DNA of 64,000 nucleotides. Origin: Klebsormidium nitens. Lineage: Eukaryota; Plantae; Klebsormidiophyceae. The stretch spans positions 124,001 through 188,000 of the forward strand of contig DF237027.1 of NCBI GenBank assembly GCA_000708835.1. Reading direction: 5' to 3'. Shown piece after piece: positions 60,101 to 64,000 of this stretch. The notes under the pieces are model-generated. The model was not told where the DNA came from. It did not search any database and was given only the letters and a program-made list of their open reading frames with translations. Positions within the stretch are counted from its first letter, which is position 1; each line of letters begins with the position of its first letter. Both the position numbers and the translations under genes were made by a program.

Positions 60101-63100
60101 GGGAACAAAACAGTGCAGTCTTTATGAGCCGACAAGCTTCTGCCAAGAAGGCAACCGAACTACTGCTGGGATGTATGCCCTTGGGAAGGGCTTCATCGGA
60201 GGACAACAAAGCTGATTTCTTACCTGACGTCAGAAACACTCATTGGCAGACACAGCCTGCTAAGATGATTATAGACAACAAACGCCATAAGCAGCAGCTC
60301 TCACCGCGGGCACCGCCTCCTTCTTCAGGTCGAAGCTGAACGTGAGCAGGCTGCCCATCCTCTGGCTCTTCTCCTTCTCCAGCTCATTCTCAAAGTGACC
60401 CGCCCCGAACTTGCGGTCAAACGGCTCGATCGCCAGGGTGGCGAGCACCACGGCAGATGCCATGAGCTGCTGGTCCTTGGCGGTGAGGTTCTTGTTGTAG
60501 TTGCGCTGCAGGTTGTACAGCTTGTACCACGTGTACGCATGGTACAGGTGGCTGCCCGCAACCTGTCGTGAAAAGAGGCAAGTGAGGTTAAGGTCATCAG
60601 GGGAGCGTCTTTTAGAAGTAAGTCGCGACTTCTTGCACAAATACAGAGGTCACAAATAGGCACTGCAAGTGAAGGAATGCTTCTCTGCAACACAGAAAAA
60701 GGCAGCTGCTGCTGGTAAGTGTGGCCAGGTATTGATAACCATGCTACAATTGTCAATGACAGCATTGCAGGCATTTGTCATGAAAGTCAGGCCTTGAGCA
60801 CGCAAAAAAATGGAAGTAAAGTTAGGTTCCTTCATCATGAGAAAGACTCCAGAAAGAGTCCTGAACCTCAGACACACATTAAACCTTGTCCTCATACACA
60901 AAGAGTAAACTGACAACACCTTATAAAAGAGTGTAATGATTTACGAACTTCTCAGAACTCTGCATTCGTGGCAAATCTCCAGAGCTGGCATCCTCCAAAA
61001 GTCACACAACATACTAACACCAAATCTTCCAAAACCTTCCAGCAAGGGAACACCAAGAAACCCGATCCCCAGGCACAGGCTTTTCCTACCCAATATTAGC
61101 AAAGTCGTAAAGCCTCGCACCTGGAAGATCTTGGTCAGCTTGGCGTAGTACGCCGCCATCAACTGCGGCTTGGGGACCTTCTTCACAAGCGACATCAGCC
61201 CGTGGATGTCCTCCACCGAGCGGAACGCCTCCTGCCACAGCTCCAGTTCGGTCGCAACCTTGAGCTGCTCAAAGCGGGTCTCAGTGTACAGCTGGAGGGT
61301 TTCGGGGAGGGACAGCTCGGGGCGGTCCCTCTGGTCGCGGTACTTGTTGAGGTTGGTCAGGTGGTTCCGCAGGATCTCGCACAGCCGCCGGAACTCGGTC
61401 GTGCGCTTGTACTGGAGGCAGAATTGGAACGCCTTGTGGGCCGTCATCTGCAGCCGAGGAAGCGGGGAGTGAGCAATTGGAGCAATTAAGCAATTGAAAG
61501 TGCAAGAGAAGAACGTTTCTGAAGAATCTGTCATCTACTACGGGCCATCGCATGCAAAGGCCCTGATTACTGAAATGAAGCAGGATGTAATCCGTGAGCC
61601 ACAGCATGACCAGGAGAGGAGCACTGAACAGTTGGTTCACATCACGGAAGAATTGGGCATGTCCAGCATCGCATCCAAATAAAGGACAGATATTGTCCAA
61701 AGTGGATTGCAAGACATCCCCCCTTCAAACCCCCAACTTCACGATTGCAAGTTGGATTGAGGGTCCAAAATCGCTTCTTTCTTGTGCTGTTAGAGAAACT
61801 CACAACCTTCCCGCAAGACGAACGACGGCTCTTCTGAACAAGGCACCTTATTGAACGGGTGCACTCCACCCACCTTGTTCAATCCCACAAGTTTTTGAAC
61901 TCAAACATTGCAGCAGATAACTAAAAGTTGCATTCAAGTCACTTCATCCGAGCCAAGCACACGCCAACATGCACAACAGAGACAAACCCTCACCGCGTAC
62001 AGCGACTCCAGCTTTGAGTTGTTCCTCAGGATCTCCAGGCACGTCCTGTACGTCTCCCACAGGAACTTGAACCACGGCGTGACGAGCTCCCTGTCATTCC
62101 GCTCCTTGCCCTTCTCCGCACTGACGTACGACAGCATCAGATCCTCGGGCCGCTTCTCTGCCTCCAGGTCATCAACATCGAGCACCACCTCCGCAGCCGC
62201 AGCCTGCGCCTGCTCCGCTCTTTCCGTGGACAGCTTCAAAAAGTATTTGATGACCTCTTCCAAGGAGTTGACGTTGACTTGCTGGCAGACGATCCGGTAC
62301 TGGATGAGTCCGTCCTTGGCGAAGCGCCCCTTGCGCATGTCGACGCACAATTCGACGTACTTGAACATGATGCGCTCCAGGGGCTTCTGCCATGCACGAT
62401 GGCGCTTGGACGTGATGAGGTCGTGCAGCGCCTGCAGCGCGGCCTGCTTCTGGCCGACATTGACCAGCTCTGCAGAGTAAAGAGTGGTGTTTTTGAGAGG
62501 TAATCACTTGGCAATATGTATTCTGCGTGAATCTCACAGTGAGAAGCAAGGACTGATCAATGACAGAGTGCTCGAGAAAAGGCTTCAAGTGCATCATGAG
62601 TATCAGCACAAAGAACTCGACAATTTCAAAATGGGTTAATTCCAAACAAGGGGCCGAAACCTTCGTACAATTGCTCGGAGACAGACGGACAGATGTCTGC
62701 CGTTTGAATTTCACAAACCACTCTTATGCATCAGAATCATGACCATTGAGACACCAAACATTTAAACTGCAGCAAGCAATATTGGCAATTGCTGAGAATG
62801 TAGGAGCTATCGCAGTGGCAATGCTTGACTGAGCAGCCATAGCTCGCATATGAACACCACTCCAATGGAGTGATAATGGTTTGTTTGATGGCCTCGTCAG
62901 TACATCCGCCAAGTGATGGCGTTGAAAGGTTGAAACTATCGAAACCATTACCAACCCAGCTTTCAAAAGCTACTTGAGCAGACTCAACTCTGGCACACAG
63001 TCCGTTGATATGTTTCTGACTAACAATTGACCTTAATAGGCCCTCAGCACAATTGAAAGTCCACTGGAACTCAAGCCTTCGTCATAGAGACCGCTCTTCA

Positions 63101-63400
63101 AACCCCACCCTCAGAGACAGAGTTGCCTTGCATTGATTGGTTCAACCCTTGCGCTTCTGATATGAATACACAACATTCTGCTACAAGGCTTCTACCATTG
63201 GCGTTGATTTTGGTGATAAGCATTTCACTGCATACAATTCAGGCATTCTAAAAAAATCCATACATAGATGAAGGCAAGGATGGCTTTTGTTTGAACGCAT
63301 CACTTGATGACAAGGATAAACTTCCCACCGGATCCCTTGAGTCAAAGCGCTTACCTTCAGCGCGCTTGAGAGCATTCTCCGGCTTTGCAAAAGTCGACAT
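54183..63400 (-). CDS. eIF3a: Eukaryotic translation initiation factor 3 subunit A, 1014 aa. Exons 63400-63355, 62469-61994, 61447-61121, 60562-60305, 59907-59650, 59141-58980, 58556-58329, 57764-57555, 57009-56797, 56140-55858, 55498-55313, 54580-54183
   Basis: [126 protein letters not shown] domain and long E/R/K coiled coil. Twelve phase-compatible exons total 3045 nt. Confidence 0.97.
55005..55200 (-). repeat. Two degenerate copies of the 3' end/donor of eIF3a exon 55498-55313 in the following intron
   Basis: 'tgtggccctgccccgcgccttggcagcacgaacttggccgccttttctcgcgct' (~55136) and 'cacctgggccattcccccgccggctgggcggca' (~55018) versus the real 'acctgtggccttcccgcgcaggctgggcggcacgaacttggcgggcttctcgcgct'. 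Confidence 0.75.
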
Positions 63401-64000
63401 GTCTGCGGACCTTCAGACAATCACGGGCGCACCGGCCAGTTTTATCCTACTATCCACTCCTTGACACCTTGGCGACTCAATTGCACAAGAAGTTGGGGCA
63501 CCTGATTGGCTCAATCTGTCCAACGTCTTCGTCCTCCTCAGACGCAAGTCAAACACTACCAATGCGCCTTGAGCGGGCGCCAAGGCCAACACACTTCAAG
63601 TTTGACTCTCAGTCTGATGAGCTGCTCGCGCCAACTTTGTTGTGGACAGCTTCCTTGCACTGACAGCTTGACACTACCTTGCGCGATGAATTTGTGGCCA
63701 ATCCAGGTTAAGATGCAAAGCATCGACAGTGTCAAAGAAGACGACAGAAAGCCAGCCTAAGGGTCTGTGACACTATAGCTAATACCTTAATACTAATAGG
63801 TCTAACAATACGGGTCAGGGAGACATGGTGCCAAGTTTCGGGCCCAGCTTGCTCAAAATCTTTGTCGTGCTATGAATCAGCCTCAAGCCTCAGCCTCAAG
63901 CCTGTGTGATGCTCTGCCTCTGCCACTGGTCAACCACTGGTGCCAGTCCTTCCCTGAAGAGAGACGCGCAAAGGCATGGGAGCTTTATAGGAGGAGAGGG

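Overview
This is eukaryotic, intron-rich genomic DNA (GC-rich exons, GT-AG introns, one 277-N gap). Gene content and plant-type motifs suggest a streptophyte green alga, Klebsormidium-like (inference). I reconstructed these genes by splicing exons by hand: the 3' part of cobalamin-independent methionine synthase (metE, +), a 238-aa secreted protein whose two conserved blocks resemble an uncharacterised bacterial domain, BRICK1/HSPC300 (absent from the ORF track), a Mn-type CDF/MTP transporter, the histone chaperone NASP, a four-helix-bundle/NB-ARC/TPR NLR-like gene with one in-frame stop, an orphan coiled-coil gene with a decayed paralog, and eIF3a (12 exons). A ~4 kb tandem duplication of the NASP 3' end carries a Mutator-like MITE whose empty site is visible in the other copy. 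The most striking unexplained structure is that introns of several genes hold tandem, progressively decaying copies of the adjacent splice junction ('exon-boundary echoes', unit ~130-200 bp, mode ~160 bp). The palindrome TGACGTCA is also about 20-fold over-represented and often sits at branch-point position.
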